Source of the DNA: Alphaproteobacteria bacterium
GTDB taxonomy: Bacteria; Pseudomonadota; Alphaproteobacteria; MPNO01
Assembly (NCBI GenBank): GCA_964291675.2
Contig: OZ219866.1
Location: forward strand, 3,488,001 to 3,552,000
Direction: 5' to 3'
Length of the DNA: 64,000 bases
Made by a program: the position numbers and the translations under genes. This document shows positions 24,333-34,884 of the stretch, in pieces (positions within the stretch are counted from its first letter, which is position 1; each line of letters opens with the position of its first letter). The notes under the pieces were generated by a model. It was given only the letters and a program-made list of their open reading frames with translations, did not search any database and was not told the DNA's origin.

Positions 24333-26403
24333 CCTGCCGCTGCCCCCTGGGGAGGAGGAAGATCTGACCGGGATAGATCAGGTCCGGATCGCGGATCTGA
24401 TCCCGGTTGGCCTCGTAGATCAGCGTGTACTGGATGCCGCCGCCATAGGTCCGGCGCGCGATGCGCCACAGGCTGTTGCCCGGCTGGACGAACACCACGG
24501 CGTCGCGCGGCAGATCGCTGATCGGACCGGCGGGGAAGAACGGCGACTCGACGCGCGCGACCACCTTCCCGTCCGGGGCGACCTGGTCGACCCGCACCGT
24601 GTAGCGCCGGGACTCCACCCTGTCGCCCAGATCGACCCGCCATACCCCCGACTGCCCGGGATCGGCCCCGCCGACCGGCCGGTCGTCCAGATACAGCAGG
24701 ACCCGCGACCCCTCCGGCGCGCGGCCGCCTATGGCGACCCTGCCCTGCTGGTCGTAATCCACGGTGTCCAGCGAGAGTTGCGATCCCTGCTCTCCCGCCT
24801 GGCCCGGTCGACCGGAAGTCGTCGAGCCGGCAGGCTCCGCGCGTGCGGCCTCGCCCGCGCGTTCCGGGGCGGCGGGCTGCGGGGCCCGGGCGGCGGACGA
24901 CGGTTGCGCCGGACTGGGACCTCCGGTTTCCCCGGCGGACGGCGTCGCGGGAGGTCCGGGCTTCTGCATCACCTCGGAGCCGGCCGATCCGCTGCGCGGA
25001 ACGGTCAGCGCGAGCACGCCCGTCTTGCCCTCGGTCGGCCGCCCGGCGATATCCTTCCCGGGTTCGGGGACGACGACGATGACCTTCTTGTCGGATTGCG
25101 CTTCGGTCTCCGGCTCGTCCGGATCGGTGCGGCTCGTCGCCTCCAACTCGTGATCCCCCGGCTCCAGCGGCCGGTCCGGGATGAGCACCCAGTCTCCGCG
25201 CTTGTCCGCCGTGGTCCGGCCGATCTCCTCGCCCTTGTCCAGAACCGTCACTTCGGCGCCCGGCCGGGCGCGGCCGGCGATCACGGTGTTGCCTTCGGGG
25301 CTGACCCGGACCACGTCGAAGCTCGGCCCCGGCTTCTCTGCCTCCGTCTCGGAGGTCCGGCGTGCCGATCCCGGCTCTGTCCCCGCGGTCTTCTCCGGTG
25401 CCCGTTCATCGGCCGCGGCGGCTTTCGCTGCCGGTTCGGCGGTCGGTCGCCGGGCCTGCGCGGGAAGCCGGCTCGCGGTTGCCGCCGTGCCGCCCGCGGT
25501 ATCGGTCCGGTCGCGCGCGGCGGGCTTCGGTGCAGGGGCCTGGGCGGCGGCGGTCCCGGGCGCGGGCTTGGCCGCCGGCGGTTCGGCCTGCGCGGCGGGT
25601 CGGGTATCGGCTGCCGCCGTGCCCCCCGCTCGTTCGGGCTGGCCGCGCGCGGCTGCCTGCGGCGCAGGGGCTTGAGTGGCGGCGGTCCCGGGCGCGGGCT
25701 TGGCGGCTGGGCGCTCGGCCTGCGCGGGAGGTCGGGTATCGGCTGCCGCCGTGCCGCCCGCTCGTTCGGTCTGGCCGGGCGCGGCTGCCTGCGGCGCAGG
25801 GGCTTGAGTGGCGGCGGTCCCGGGCGCGGGCTTGGCCGCCGGGCGCCCGGCCTGTGCGGCGGGTCGGGTATCGGCTGCCGCCGTGCCGTCCGCTCGTTCG
25901 GTCTGGCCGGGCGCGGCGGGCTTCGGCGCAGGGGCCTGGGTGGCGGCGGTCTCGGGCGCGGGCTTGGCCGCCGGCGGTTCGGCCTGCGCGGCGGGTCGTG
26001 TTTCGGTTGCCGCCGTGCCGCCCGCTCGTTCGGTCTGGCCGCGCGTGGCGGTTTCCTGTACCGGGGCCTGGGTGGCGGCGGTCCCGGGCTCGGCGGCCGG
26101 TCGCCCGGCCTCCACCGGCGCCTCCGTCGCGACCTCGTCGCGCGCAGCGGTCTCCGACAGCCGGGTCTGCGCCCCGCCCGACCCCGGCGCAGGCTCGGCG
26201 GGCGACTCTCCCGTCGCTTCCGGTCGGTCGGGCTGCCGCGGCGCGATCTCCGATTCCGGCTTGGCGGGTGCGGGAATCGTCGACGTGGCGCCGGCCCGCG
26301 CCGTCTCGGCGTCTTCCGTCCCGCGGTCGGCAAACAACAGCAGCAGGATCGCGGCCACGACGATCGCAATCCCGGCGACGCCGAGAACGATGTTCCTGTT
26401 CAA
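24325..26403 (-). CDS. Membrane-anchored LysM peptidoglycan-binding protein with Ala/Pro-rich repeat stalk and Ig-like domains
   Basis: N-terminal hydrophobic anchor, FDVVRV domain, C-terminal [11 protein letters not shown]...IYEAN...PDLIYPGQ LysM; TTG start inferred. Confidence 0.85.
25430..26112. repeat. 132-bp (44-aa) coding tandem repeat, about 5 copies
   Basis: GCCGCCGTGCC recurs at 25481, 25613, 25745, 25877 and 26009; unit [44 protein letters not shown]. Confidence 0.92.
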
Positions 26404-26548
26404 CTGACTACCATCCCGATCGCGACAACACGCCTGTGCTAATATAGGCGCAGTCCGGGCAAAATACATCGCTGCCCTGCACAGCTTGTGTCGCCGTCGA
26501 GCCTAGAGGCGGCCCCGATGCGGGGCTGCGGTCCGCCGGGGAGGTTTC

Positions 26549-27982
26549 GTGGGCGAACTCGTCGCCTTGCCCGTCTGGCTCGTCGTGCTGGTCTCGGCAC
26601 TCGCCCTGCTTTCCCTTTTCGGCCACTTCCTCATGCCGGGCACGCGCTGGGTGCTCCGGCGCCGCGTCTACCGGGTCATCGAGGACGTGAATTCGAGGCT
26701 GCGGATCGACCTGCCGCCGTTCATGCTGACCAAGCGCGACACGCTGATCGACCGCCTGATCTACGACGAGAAAGTGCTCGGGGCGGCTTCCGAGGCGGCT
26801 TCCGAGCGGGACGTGCCGCAGCAGATCGTCGTCGAGGAGATCCGGGGCTACGCCGAAGAGATCGTGCCCGGGTTCAACGCCTATTTCTATTTCCGCCTCG
26901 GCTACCGGCTGGCCCGCCGCTTCATCCGCTTCTTCTATCGCGTGCGGCTCGGCTACGCCGACCAGGAAACGCTCGACAAGATGGACAGCGGCGCCAGCCT
27001 GGTGCTGGTGATGAACCACCGCAGCAATTTCGACTACCTGCTCATCACCTATCTCGCCTCGCGCCGCGCCGCGCTCTCCTATGCGGCGGGCGAGTGGACG
27101 CTGTTCTGGCCGGTGGCGAATCTGCTGCGCGCGATGGGCGCCTATTTCGTGCGGCGCAACTCTAGGAATCCGCTCTACCGGCGCGTGGTGGAGCGCTACG
27201 TCCAGCTCGCGGTGGAGGGCCGCGTGCCCCAGGCGCTGTTCCCCGAGGCCGGGCTGTCGCATGACGGCGGGCTGCGGCCGCCCAAGGCCGGGCTGATCGA
27301 CTACATCATGCGCGGCTTCGACGTCGAGTCCTCGCCCGATGTCCTGTTCGTCCCCGTTGCCATCAACTACGAGCGGGTGGTCGAGGACCGCACCCTGCTG
27401 CGCCATGGCGACGAGGCGATGCTCAGCCAGCGCGGCACCGTCTTCGTCCTGCGCTCCACGGTCGCGTTCTTCCTCCGCACCTCGCTCGAGCTGATCCACG
27501 GGCGACGCCAGCGATTCGGCCGGGCCTGCGCCAATTTCGGGGCTCCGGTCTCCCTCAAGGCGTGGCTTGCCGAGAACGAGGTCGTGCTCGATGGACTCGA
27601 CCGCGAGACCCGCTACGGCGTCTCCATGAAGCTCGTGACCGGGTTGATGGAGGAGGTGGGCAGGCTGATTCCCGTGCTGCCGGTCTCGCTGATCGCGACC
27701 GCGATGGCGGAAAGCCCCGACCGGGTGCTGAGCGAGCTGGAGCTGAAGGCGGGCGTGCACCGGCTCATCGGCGCGTTCGAGAGCACCGGCGCGCATGTGT
27801 ATGTTCCCTTCGGCGAAGAGAGCCTGGCCGTCAGCGACGGGTTGAAGCTGCTGCTGAAGCGCCGAATCCTGCTTGAAGATCCGCCCGGCAGGTACAAGGT
27901 AAACCCCGAAGAACGCAAATTGCTGGATTTCTACGTCAAGCCCGTGAACCACTTGCTGCCAGAGCGGGGCGCCGCGTCTTGA
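26549..27982 (+). CDS. PlsB/PlsC-type glycerolipid acyltransferase
   Basis: NHRSNFD (HX4D), GAYFVRR, FPEAGLS, VPVAINY. Confidence 0.85.
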   Translation: MGELVALPVWLVVLVSALALLSLFGHFLMPGTRWVLRRRVYRVIEDVNSRLRIDLPPFMLTKRDTLIDRLIYDEKVLGAASEAASERDVPQQIVVEEIRGYAEEIVPGFNAYFYFRLGYRLARRFIRFFYRVRLGYADQETLDKMDSGASLVLVMNHRSNFDYLLITYLASRRAALSYAAGEWTLFWPVANLLRAMGAYFVRRNSRNPLYRRVVERYVQLAVEGRVPQALFPEAGLSHDGGLRPPKAGLIDYIMRGFDVESSPDVLFVPVAINYERVVEDRTLLRHGDEAMLSQRGTVFVLRSTVAFFLRTSLELIHGRRQRFGRACANFGAPVSLKAWLAENEVVLDGLDRETRYGVSMKLVTGLMEEVGRLIPVLPVSLIATAMAESPDRVLSELELKAGVHRLIGAFESTGAHVYVPFGEESLAVSDGLKLLLKRRILLEDPPGRYKVNPEERKLLDFYVKPVNHLLPERGAAS

Positions 27983-29406
27983 AGGCTGGCCCGGTCTTTC
28001 CCGAGGGCTGGGAACCGCGTCTCACCGCCGAGGATTTCAGCGAGAGATGGTTGTGCTCGCCCGTCGGCGCGGGGCTGGCGCGGCCGTGGTTCGACCCCGT
28101 GGCGCTGTGGCTTCTGGGGCGCTGGTTCTTCCCGCTGTCGCGGCTGTGGGCGGCGGCGCGGGCCGCCAACGGGTCGCTGCTCAAGTTCTACGAGGAAGTG
28201 CCGATGGACCCGATCCCGGGGATCGGGGCCAGGCTGCGCAAGACGCTCGACCGGTTCGAGACCGCCCGCGAGGCGGTGAACGCGACCGAAGCGCGCTGGC
28301 GACAGGTGTTCTTCGGCGAAGACGGGACCGAGCTCTACCGCCTGGTGGCGATCGAGGCCGCGCGGCGCGACCGGCGCAACGCCTACAACGCCACGCGGCG
28401 GCATTTCTCCTATCTCAGGCGCCGGCGGCGGGTGCCGCCGGTGCGCTGGGATGTGCCGGGCGCGGCGGAGGTCGAGGCCGAGTACGGCGCCTGGCTGGCC
28501 GATCCCGCCGCCGCCTTCGCGCCGGAACCGCCGTTTCCCGAGGTGTTCGAGTCGCAGCGCGTGCCGGGGCCGGTGGGCGAGGAGTACTGGCTCAGGTTCC
28601 GCTCGCCCAGCCCGGTGATGGACGACGACGTGTTCGCCCGGGTCTACGAGCCGGTCGGCGTCGCCGATCCGCCCACGCTGGTGTTCGGCCACGGAATCTG
28701 CGTCGAGTTCGACCACTGGCACGGGCTGGTCGACGAGGTCTTCCTGATGTGCCAGATGGGGATCCGCGTGGTCCGGCCGGAAGCGCCGTGGCACGGCAGG
28801 CGGGTCCCCGACGGGCGCTATGGCGGCGAGATGTTCATCGCCCGCGCGCCGCGCGGCGCGCTGGACACGTTCTCCGCCCAGCTGCTCGAATGGCCGGTGC
28901 TGATCGACTGGAGCCGGCGGACCAGCCGCGGCCCGGTCGCCGTCGGCGGCAGCAGCCTCGGCGCGCTGCTCTCCCAGCTTCTCGCGGTCAGGGCGAGCGC
29001 CTGGCCGGCCGCGGTCCGGCCCGACGCGCTGTTCCTCGTCACCCATTGCGGGCATCACGAGGACGCGGCGCTGCGCGGCAGCATGGCCCGGCTCTGGGGC
29101 GTTGAGGACGCCATCGCCGCGCGCGGCTGGACCCGCGACGAGGCCTTGCGCTGGCTCCCTTTGCTCGACCCCCAGGGCGGCCCCCCGGCGATGGACCCGG
29201 AGAACATCGTCACCGTGCTCGGCAGCCGCGACACCGTGACCCCGTTCGCCACCGGCAAGGCGCTGATCGACGAATGGCGGGTGCCGCCGGAGAACCGCTT
29301 CATCTGGCGGCGCGGCCATTTCTCGGTGCCGATGCAGATGATGCGCGACCGTACCCCGCTGGAGCGCCTCAAACAGCTGCTCGAACGGCTCGGCGCCTCG
29401 GGCTAG
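27979..29406 (+). CDS. Alpha/beta-hydrolase-fold protein with uncharacterised N-terminal extension
   Basis: GSSLG nucleophile elbow, D in RDTVTP, H in RGHFS; 4-bp overlap with the acyltransferase. Confidence 0.6.
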   Translation: MKAGPVFPEGWEPRLTAEDFSERWLCSPVGAGLARPWFDPVALWLLGRWFFPLSRLWAAARAANGSLLKFYEEVPMDPIPGIGARLRKTLDRFETAREAVNATEARWRQVFFGEDGTELYRLVAIEAARRDRRNAYNATRRHFSYLRRRRRVPPVRWDVPGAAEVEAEYGAWLADPAAAFAPEPPFPEVFESQRVPGPVGEEYWLRFRSPSPVMDDDVFARVYEPVGVADPPTLVFGHGICVEFDHWHGLVDEVFLMCQMGIRVVRPEAPWHGRRVPDGRYGGEMFIARAPRGALDTFSAQLLEWPVLIDWSRRTSRGPVAVGGSSLGALLSQLLAVRASAWPAAVRPDALFLVTHCGHHEDAALRGSMARLWGVEDAIAARGWTRDEALRWLPLLDPQGGPPAMDPENIVTVLGSRDTVTPFATGKALIDEWRVPPENRFIWRRGHFSVPMQMMRDRTPLERLKQLLERLGASG

Positions 29407-29576
29407 CGGGTGGTGGGCCCGGCAGGGGCCGGGCGGTCAACTCACGTTCGATCCATTTGACCCTATCGAAACAGCTTATTGATCTATTTTAGAATATCAC
29501 CATTTGATCTGCGTCCGCCGAATTGATACATGAAGATTAATTGTGATGGCTTATCGATAGATATAAGTGCATCAAT

Positions 29577-30179
29577 ATGAACTATGCCACCGAGCCTATC
29601 GCCCGCGCGCTCAGAAACGCCCGCGAAGCCCGCGGGCTGAGCCAGCGCGCGCTCGGCGCCAAAGCCGGGATCGCCCAGGGACACATCTCGAAGATCGAGA
29701 ACGGTGCGGTGGATCTCCGGCTCTCCAGCCTGGTCGAGCTCGCCCGCGTGCTGGATCTGGACCTCGTGCTGGTGCCCCGCAAGGCGCTTCCCGCCGTCGA
29801 CGCCATAGTCGGGCGGCGCGACGCAACGACGCCGGCGCCCGCGCAAGCCTCGCGGCGCTCGCTCGACGCGCTCAACGCGCTTCAGGACCTGGCCGCCCGC
29901 GCGGCGCGGGCCCGCCCGGCCGTGGTCGAGCTGGCCCGGATCCAGCGGCAGGTCCGCGACCTCCGGCACTTCGCGATTCCCGGAGACCGTCTCGGCGCGA
30001 TCCGCGACGTAGCGGCGGCGGTGAAGGCCTTCCACGAGAACGCCGCTGGTGCGGGCGCGCTTCACGACGCGCTCGCGCACCTCGACGGCCTGCGCAACGC
30101 GCTCGCACATGCCCTGCCTGCTGGCGAAGACGCTGCAACCGCCCGGCCCGCCTACAGCCTGGACGACGACGATGGCTGA
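29577..30179 (+). CDS. XRE-family HTH protein (HipB-like antitoxin)
   Basis: GLSQRALGAKAGIAQGHISKIENG HTH; overlaps hipA start. Confidence 0.8.
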   Translation: MNYATEPIARALRNAREARGLSQRALGAKAGIAQGHISKIENGAVDLRLSSLVELARVLDLDLVLVPRKALPAVDAIVGRRDATTPAPAQASRRSLDALNALQDLAARAARARPAVVELARIQRQVRDLRHFAIPGDRLGAIRDVAAAVKAFHENAAGAGALHDALAHLDGLRNALAHALPAGEDAATARPAYSLDDDDG

Positions 30180-31434
30180 CGTCCACACCCTCGACGTCCT
30201 GCTTCACGGAGTTCCCATCGGCACGCTCACGCATGTGGCGGGGGAGCGCACGCTGTTCGCCTTCGCCGAGGACTACGTGGCGGACGAATGCCGGCCTGTC
30301 CTCGGGCTCGCCTTCAAGGACCGGTTCGGGGAGCTCATCGAGGAATTCAGGCCCAGGCGTGTCAGGCTGCCGCCGTTCTTCTCGAACCTTCTGCCCGAAG
30401 GGCGGATGCGCGACTACCTGGCCGCGCGCGCCGGCGTGAATCCGGTGCGCGAGTTCTTCCTGCTGCGGGCGCTCGGGAGCGACCTGCCGGGCGCCGTCAC
30501 CGTCGTGCCGGCCGGGGGCGAGGCACGGTCGCACGACGTCGACGATCGCGACGAGCGGCATCGCCGCGGGCGCGGCAACGCGCTGCGCTTCTCGCTGGCC
30601 GGCGTCCAGCTCAAGTTTTCCGCGATCGAGGCGGCGCGAGGCGGGTTGACGATCCCGGTGCACGGCATGGGCGGATCGTGGATCGTGAAGCTGCCGTCCC
30701 GCGAATTCGAAGGCGTGCCCGAGAACGAATTCGCCATGATGACGCTCGCCCGAACGATCGGCATGGACGTACCGGCCCTGAAGCTCGTCGATCCGGCAGC
30801 CATAGGGAACCTGCCCCGGGATATCGGCGTGCCGGATGGACCTGCCCTCGCCGTCCAGCGCTTCGACCGGCTCGCGGACGGAACCCCCGTTCATGTCGAG
30901 GACTTCGCCCAGATCTTCGGCGTCTATCCCGAGGACAAGTACAAGAAGGCGAGCGCCCGCAGCATCGCCGGCGTCATCGGTGCCGAGGGAAGCGAGGACG
31001 ACACCGCCGAGTTCATTCGCCGGCTCACCTTCAACACCCTGATCGGCAACGCCGACATGCATCTCAAGAACTGGTCGCTGATCTATCCCGACAGGCGGCG
31101 TGCGACGCTCGCGCCGGCCTACGATTTCGTCTCCACGATCCCCTACATCCCGGACGACGGGGCGGCGCTCAATTTCAGCCGAACCAGGCGCTTCGATGGA
31201 TTCTCCGAGGACGAGCTTGCCCATCTCGCGGCCAGGGCGCGGCTGTCCGCCAGGCTGGTGCTCGACACCGCCCGCGAGACGGTCGAGCTCTTCCACCAGC
31301 ACTGGAACGCCGACAAGGCGCATCTGCCGCTCGCCGACAGCGTCGCCGATGCCGTCGAAAGGCAGCTGGAGACCGTGCCCGTTGCCGGGCGGGGCGCGGT
31401 CCGATCGCGCCGGTCGACCGGAAGGGGAGCGTAG
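30172..31434 (+). CDS. hipA: HipA family Ser/Thr kinase toxin
   Basis: FFSNLLPEG, SLAGVQLK, NADMHLKN, LAPAYD. Confidence 0.9.
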   Translation: MADVHTLDVLLHGVPIGTLTHVAGERTLFAFAEDYVADECRPVLGLAFKDRFGELIEEFRPRRVRLPPFFSNLLPEGRMRDYLAARAGVNPVREFFLLRALGSDLPGAVTVVPAGGEARSHDVDDRDERHRRGRGNALRFSLAGVQLKFSAIEAARGGLTIPVHGMGGSWIVKLPSREFEGVPENEFAMMTLARTIGMDVPALKLVDPAAIGNLPRDIGVPDGPALAVQRFDRLADGTPVHVEDFAQIFGVYPEDKYKKASARSIAGVIGAEGSEDDTAEFIRRLTFNTLIGNADMHLKNWSLIYPDRRRATLAPAYDFVSTIPYIPDDGAALNFSRTRRFDGFSEDELAHLAARARLSARLVLDTARETVELFHQHWNADKAHLPLADSVADAVERQLETVPVAGRGAVRSRRSTGRGA

Positions 31435-31464
31435 CCGATCGAAGACGAGGCCGTTGCGTGGGCT

Positions 31465-31541
31465 TGGTGGGCCCGGCAGGACTTGAACCTGCGACAACGC
31501 CGTTATGAGCGGCGCGTTCTAACCAGCTGAACTACGGGCCC
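31465..31541 (-). tRNA. tRNA with CAT anticodon, probably tRNA-Ile2 (lysidine-modified)
   Basis: GGGCCCGTAGTTCAGCTGGTTAGAACGCGCCGCTCATAACGGCGTTGTCGCAGGTTCAAGTCCTGCCGGGCCCACCA folds as a cloverleaf with encoded CCA; G1-C72 excludes fMet and C4-G69 fits Ile. Confidence 0.92.
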
Positions 31542-31688
31542 GGGGCGAAGCTGCCACTTCCCCGGTGCGGTGACAAGCGTGCCGTGCGGGCCCGCCCGCT
31601 CCCGGTTGGATCGCCGGGGCCGGACGGGTAGAGTGTCTGCCGACGCGCCGCGGCCGGAGTCCGGGGGCGGCGCGGGAAAGGGGGATGC

Positions 31689-32216
31689 GTGGACGCCGTC
31701 GCGAAGGCTCATCTGTGGCTGCTGAACCTGTTCAAGGCCGGTTCGGGGCTGATCATATTCGCGGTGTTCGTGGTCATCGTCGCCGATGTCGGGCTGACCA
31801 TCCTCGCCGGGTGGGGCCTCCCCGTACTTCCCTGGGACCGCACCCACGGGCTGGTCGAGTACGGGCTGCTGTGGTTCACCATGCTGGCCGCGCCCTGGCT
31901 CGTGCGCATCAAGGGTCACGTGTTCGTCGACGCCCTCACCCAGCTCCTGCCCCCGCGGGTCAAGCTGGCGACGGCGAAGTTCGCCTATCTCGTGGCGATC
32001 GTCGGATGCCTCGCCTTCGTCTACTACTCGGTGCAGCTCTGGTACGAGGCGTTCGTGTTCCAGGAGCTCGACGATCGCGGCGCCTATTTCCCGCTCTGGA
32101 CGCTCTACTTCCCGATGCCGTTCGGGTTCTTCCTGATGGCTGTCGAGTTCTTCCGCTACCTGATCGGGGTGGACGACATGTACGGCAGCCGGATGGACGT
32201 GCGGGAAGGGGTGTAG
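31689..32216 (+). CDS. dctQ: TRAP transporter small permease
   Basis: TMLAAPWLVRIKGHV; paralog of 6216..6728. Confidence 0.85.
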   Translation: MDAVAKAHLWLLNLFKAGSGLIIFAVFVVIVADVGLTILAGWGLPVLPWDRTHGLVEYGLLWFTMLAAPWLVRIKGHVFVDALTQLLPPRVKLATAKFAYLVAIVGCLAFVYYSVQLWYEAFVFQELDDRGAYFPLWTLYFPMPFGFFLMAVEFFRYLIGVDDMYGSRMDVREGV

Positions 32217-32219
32217 GCC

Positions 32220-33527
32220 ATGGAATGGTACTGGGCCTTCGCCCTGCTGCTCGGCATGGTGATTTCCTTCATGGCGCTCGGCGTTCCGGTCGCGTTCTCG
32301 TTCATCGCCACCAACTTCATCGCCGTCATCATCTTCGCCGGCACCTCGGGGATGATCCAGGTGGCCGACAACTCGACCCAGCTGATCACCCGGTTCATCC
32401 TCGGCCCGGTGCCGATGTTCATCATGATGGGATCGCTGTTCTTCCATACCGGGCTCGCCATCCGGGTGTTCGACGGGCTGGACGCGATCTTCGGGCGGCT
32501 GCCCGGGCGGCTGTGCTATCTCACCGTCGCCGGCGGCTCGATCTTCTCGACGCTGACCGGCTCGTCGATGGCCAACACGGCGATGCTGGGCTCGCTGATG
32601 GTGCCGGAGATGAACCGGCGCGGCTACAGCAAGAAGATGTCGATGGGGCCGATCCTGGGGACCGGCGGGCTGGCGATGATCATCCCGCCCTCGGCGCTCG
32701 GCGTGCTGCTCGCCGCCATCGCCGAGATCGACGTGGGCAGGCTGCTGGTCGCGGGCTTCCTGCCCGGCTTCCTGCTGGCGGGGCTCTACGCGGCGATGAT
32801 CACGCTGCAGCTCGTGCGCAACCCGGGCTCGGCGCCGGCCTACGACGTGCCCTATATGAGCCTCGGCACCCGGCTCAGGATGGTGGCGACCAACATCCTG
32901 CCGATGGGGCTGATCGTCTTCATGGTGGTCGGCTTCATCATCCTCGGCATCGCCACGCCGACCGAGGCGGCGGCCTGCGGCGTGCTCGGGGTGATCATCC
33001 TGGCCGCGCTGTTCCGCTCGCTCTCCTTCGCATCCACGAAGACCGCCGTCGAGGCGACCATCCGGGTCGCCGCGATGGTGTTCCTGATCCTGATGAACTC
33101 CACCGTGTTCAGCCAGATGCTGGCGTATTCGGGGGCGAGCCGGGGGCTGATCGAATGGGTGACCAGCTACGAGCTGCACCGGCTGATCATCCTGTTGATG
33201 ATGTTCTGCGTGCTGATCCTGCTCGGCATGTTCATGGACGCCACGTCGATGATGCTGATCACCGTGCCGATCTTCTTCCCGCTGGCGCATGCGCTCGGCT
33301 TCGACCTGATCTGGTACGGGCTGTTCGTGCTGATAACGATCGAGATGGCGGGGACCACCCCGCCATTCGGATTACTGCTCTACGTCATGCTGGGGGTCGC
33401 GCCCAAGGGCACGACCATCTTGCAGGTTGCCGGCGCCGCGTTTCCCTTCCTGGTCTGCGACGCGATCCTGATCCTGATCCTGGTCGCCTTCCCGGGCGTC
33501 GCGCTCTGGCTGCCCAGCCTGATGTGA
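32220..33527 (+). CDS. dctM: TRAP transporter large permease
   Basis: IIPPS and TPPFG motifs; paralog of 6728..8056. Confidence 0.9.
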   Translation: MEWYWAFALLLGMVISFMALGVPVAFSFIATNFIAVIIFAGTSGMIQVADNSTQLITRFILGPVPMFIMMGSLFFHTGLAIRVFDGLDAIFGRLPGRLCYLTVAGGSIFSTLTGSSMANTAMLGSLMVPEMNRRGYSKKMSMGPILGTGGLAMIIPPSALGVLLAAIAEIDVGRLLVAGFLPGFLLAGLYAAMITLQLVRNPGSAPAYDVPYMSLGTRLRMVATNILPMGLIVFMVVGFIILGIATPTEAAACGVLGVIILAALFRSLSFASTKTAVEATIRVAAMVFLILMNSTVFSQMLAYSGASRGLIEWVTSYELHRLIILLMMFCVLILLGMFMDATSMMLITVPIFFPLAHALGFDLIWYGLFVLITIEMAGTTPPFGLLLYVMLGVAPKGTTILQVAGAAFPFLVCDAILILILVAFPGVALWLPSLM

Positions 33528-33549
33528 GGCGCGGCGGGGAGGCAGGCGA

Positions 33550-34722
33550 ATGAGCGATTCCGGCGGCTCCGGCTACGGCCGCAACGCGATCGTCCCCGAG
33601 GAGGACGCGCGGCTCACCCATGTGAGCTTCGGCACGCCGATGGGCGAGCTGATGCGGCGCTACTGGCACCCGGTCTGCCTGTCGTCCGAGCTCCGGGACC
33701 TGCCGAAATTCGCCAGGATCCTCGGCGAGGAGCTGGTCGCCTGGCGCGACAAGTCGGGGCGCGTCGGCGTGCTGGGCGCGCATTGCGCGCATCGCGGCAC
33801 CTCGCTCGAATACGGCCGCATCGAGGAGGACGGCATCCGCTGCTGCTATCACGGCTGGCTCTACGACCGCGAGGGCCGCTGCCTCGACCAGCCGGGCGAG
33901 CCGGCGCACAGCCGCTACAGGGACGAGGTTCGCCAGCCCTGGTACCCGGCCGAGGAGTACATGGGCCTGGTCTTCGCCTATATGGGGCCGCTCGAGAGGA
34001 AGCCGCTATTGCCGCGCTACGACATCCTGGAGGACGCGGGCGCGGAGTATCTCGCCTACCGCAACTACAGCCGAGGCGAGGTCGCGGCGTGCAACTGGCT
34101 GCAGCTCCAGGAGAACGCCGTCGACCCGGTGCACACCTACATCCTGCATGGCTGGAACCCCGGACTGTTCGAGTTCTCGGAGGTGATGTCGGTGCCGCCG
34201 CGCTTCGACTACGTCAATTCGGACCGCCACGTGTCCTATGTCCGCACCACCGATCTCGACAGCGGCTTCCGGCTGACCCGGATCTCCACCGTCTTCGTGC
34301 CGACCGCGCGGTCGGTGCCGCCGCCCGAGGTGACCGGCACCGACCCCGGGGAGACCGAGCGCGCGCGCATGGTGGGCTGGTGGGTGCCGGTCGACAACGA
34401 GAACACCATCGGCTTCCATGTCGAGCGCATCGACCCCGGCAAGAAGATCTTCCAGCCGCCGGACGCGCCGGTCGTGCGCGACTACGAGGCGACCCAGCGC
34501 GCGCCCGACGACTGGGAGGCACAGGTGAGCCAGCGGGCGATCGCGCGCCACGGGCTCGAGCATCTGGCGACGTCCGATCGCGGCGTCGTCATGTTCCGCC
34601 GCCGCCTGCGCGAGGCGATCGAGGCGATGGAACGCGGCGAGGACCCGCCCGGCATCGCCCGCGATCCGGCCGACCGGGTGGTCGAGGTCCCGTCGCGCAA
34701 CGAGGTGCTGGCGCCGGCGTAG
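33550..34722 (+). CDS. Rieske oxygenase alpha subunit (phthalate 4,5-dioxygenase-like group)
   Basis: GTPMGELMRRYW, CAHRG...CCYHGW, ENAVDPVHTYILH, EHLATSDRG. Confidence 0.87.
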   Translation: MSDSGGSGYGRNAIVPEEDARLTHVSFGTPMGELMRRYWHPVCLSSELRDLPKFARILGEELVAWRDKSGRVGVLGAHCAHRGTSLEYGRIEEDGIRCCYHGWLYDREGRCLDQPGEPAHSRYRDEVRQPWYPAEEYMGLVFAYMGPLERKPLLPRYDILEDAGAEYLAYRNYSRGEVAACNWLQLQENAVDPVHTYILHGWNPGLFEFSEVMSVPPRFDYVNSDRHVSYVRTTDLDSGFRLTRISTVFVPTARSVPPPEVTGTDPGETERARMVGWWVPVDNENTIGFHVERIDPGKKIFQPPDAPVVRDYEATQRAPDDWEAQVSQRAIARHGLEHLATSDRGVVMFRRRLREAIEAMERGEDPPGIARDPADRVVEVPSRNEVLAPA

Positions 34723-34824
34723 CGGGGTCGGCAAGGGCCGGCCCGGCGTCCCTCGATACGCTGCCCCGAGAGCCCGCGAAGCGGCATGTCGAAGGGCGCA
34801 CCGCCGCGAAATCCGCACCAAGAA

Positions 34825-34850
34825 AGACGCCGCCCCGGAGGGCGGCGTCT
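34825..34850 (-). terminator. Intrinsic terminator of the minus-strand dctP
   Basis: AGACGCCGCCC-loop-GGGCGGCGTCT stem followed by TTCTT on the minus strand. Confidence 0.6.
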
Positions 34851-34884
34851 GCCGTTCGGCGTCAAGCCGGGCGCGACGGCGAAA

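Noticed and set aside
25430-26112. Tandem repeat as a CRISPR or ncRNA array
   Set aside because: Contiguous in-frame units with no unique spacers; coding repeat
31465-31541. Calling the tRNA initiator or elongator Met
   Set aside because: Paired G1-C72 and lack of the GGG/CCC anticodon-stem run exclude fMet; the acceptor stem fits Ile2 better, though elongator Met is not fully excluded
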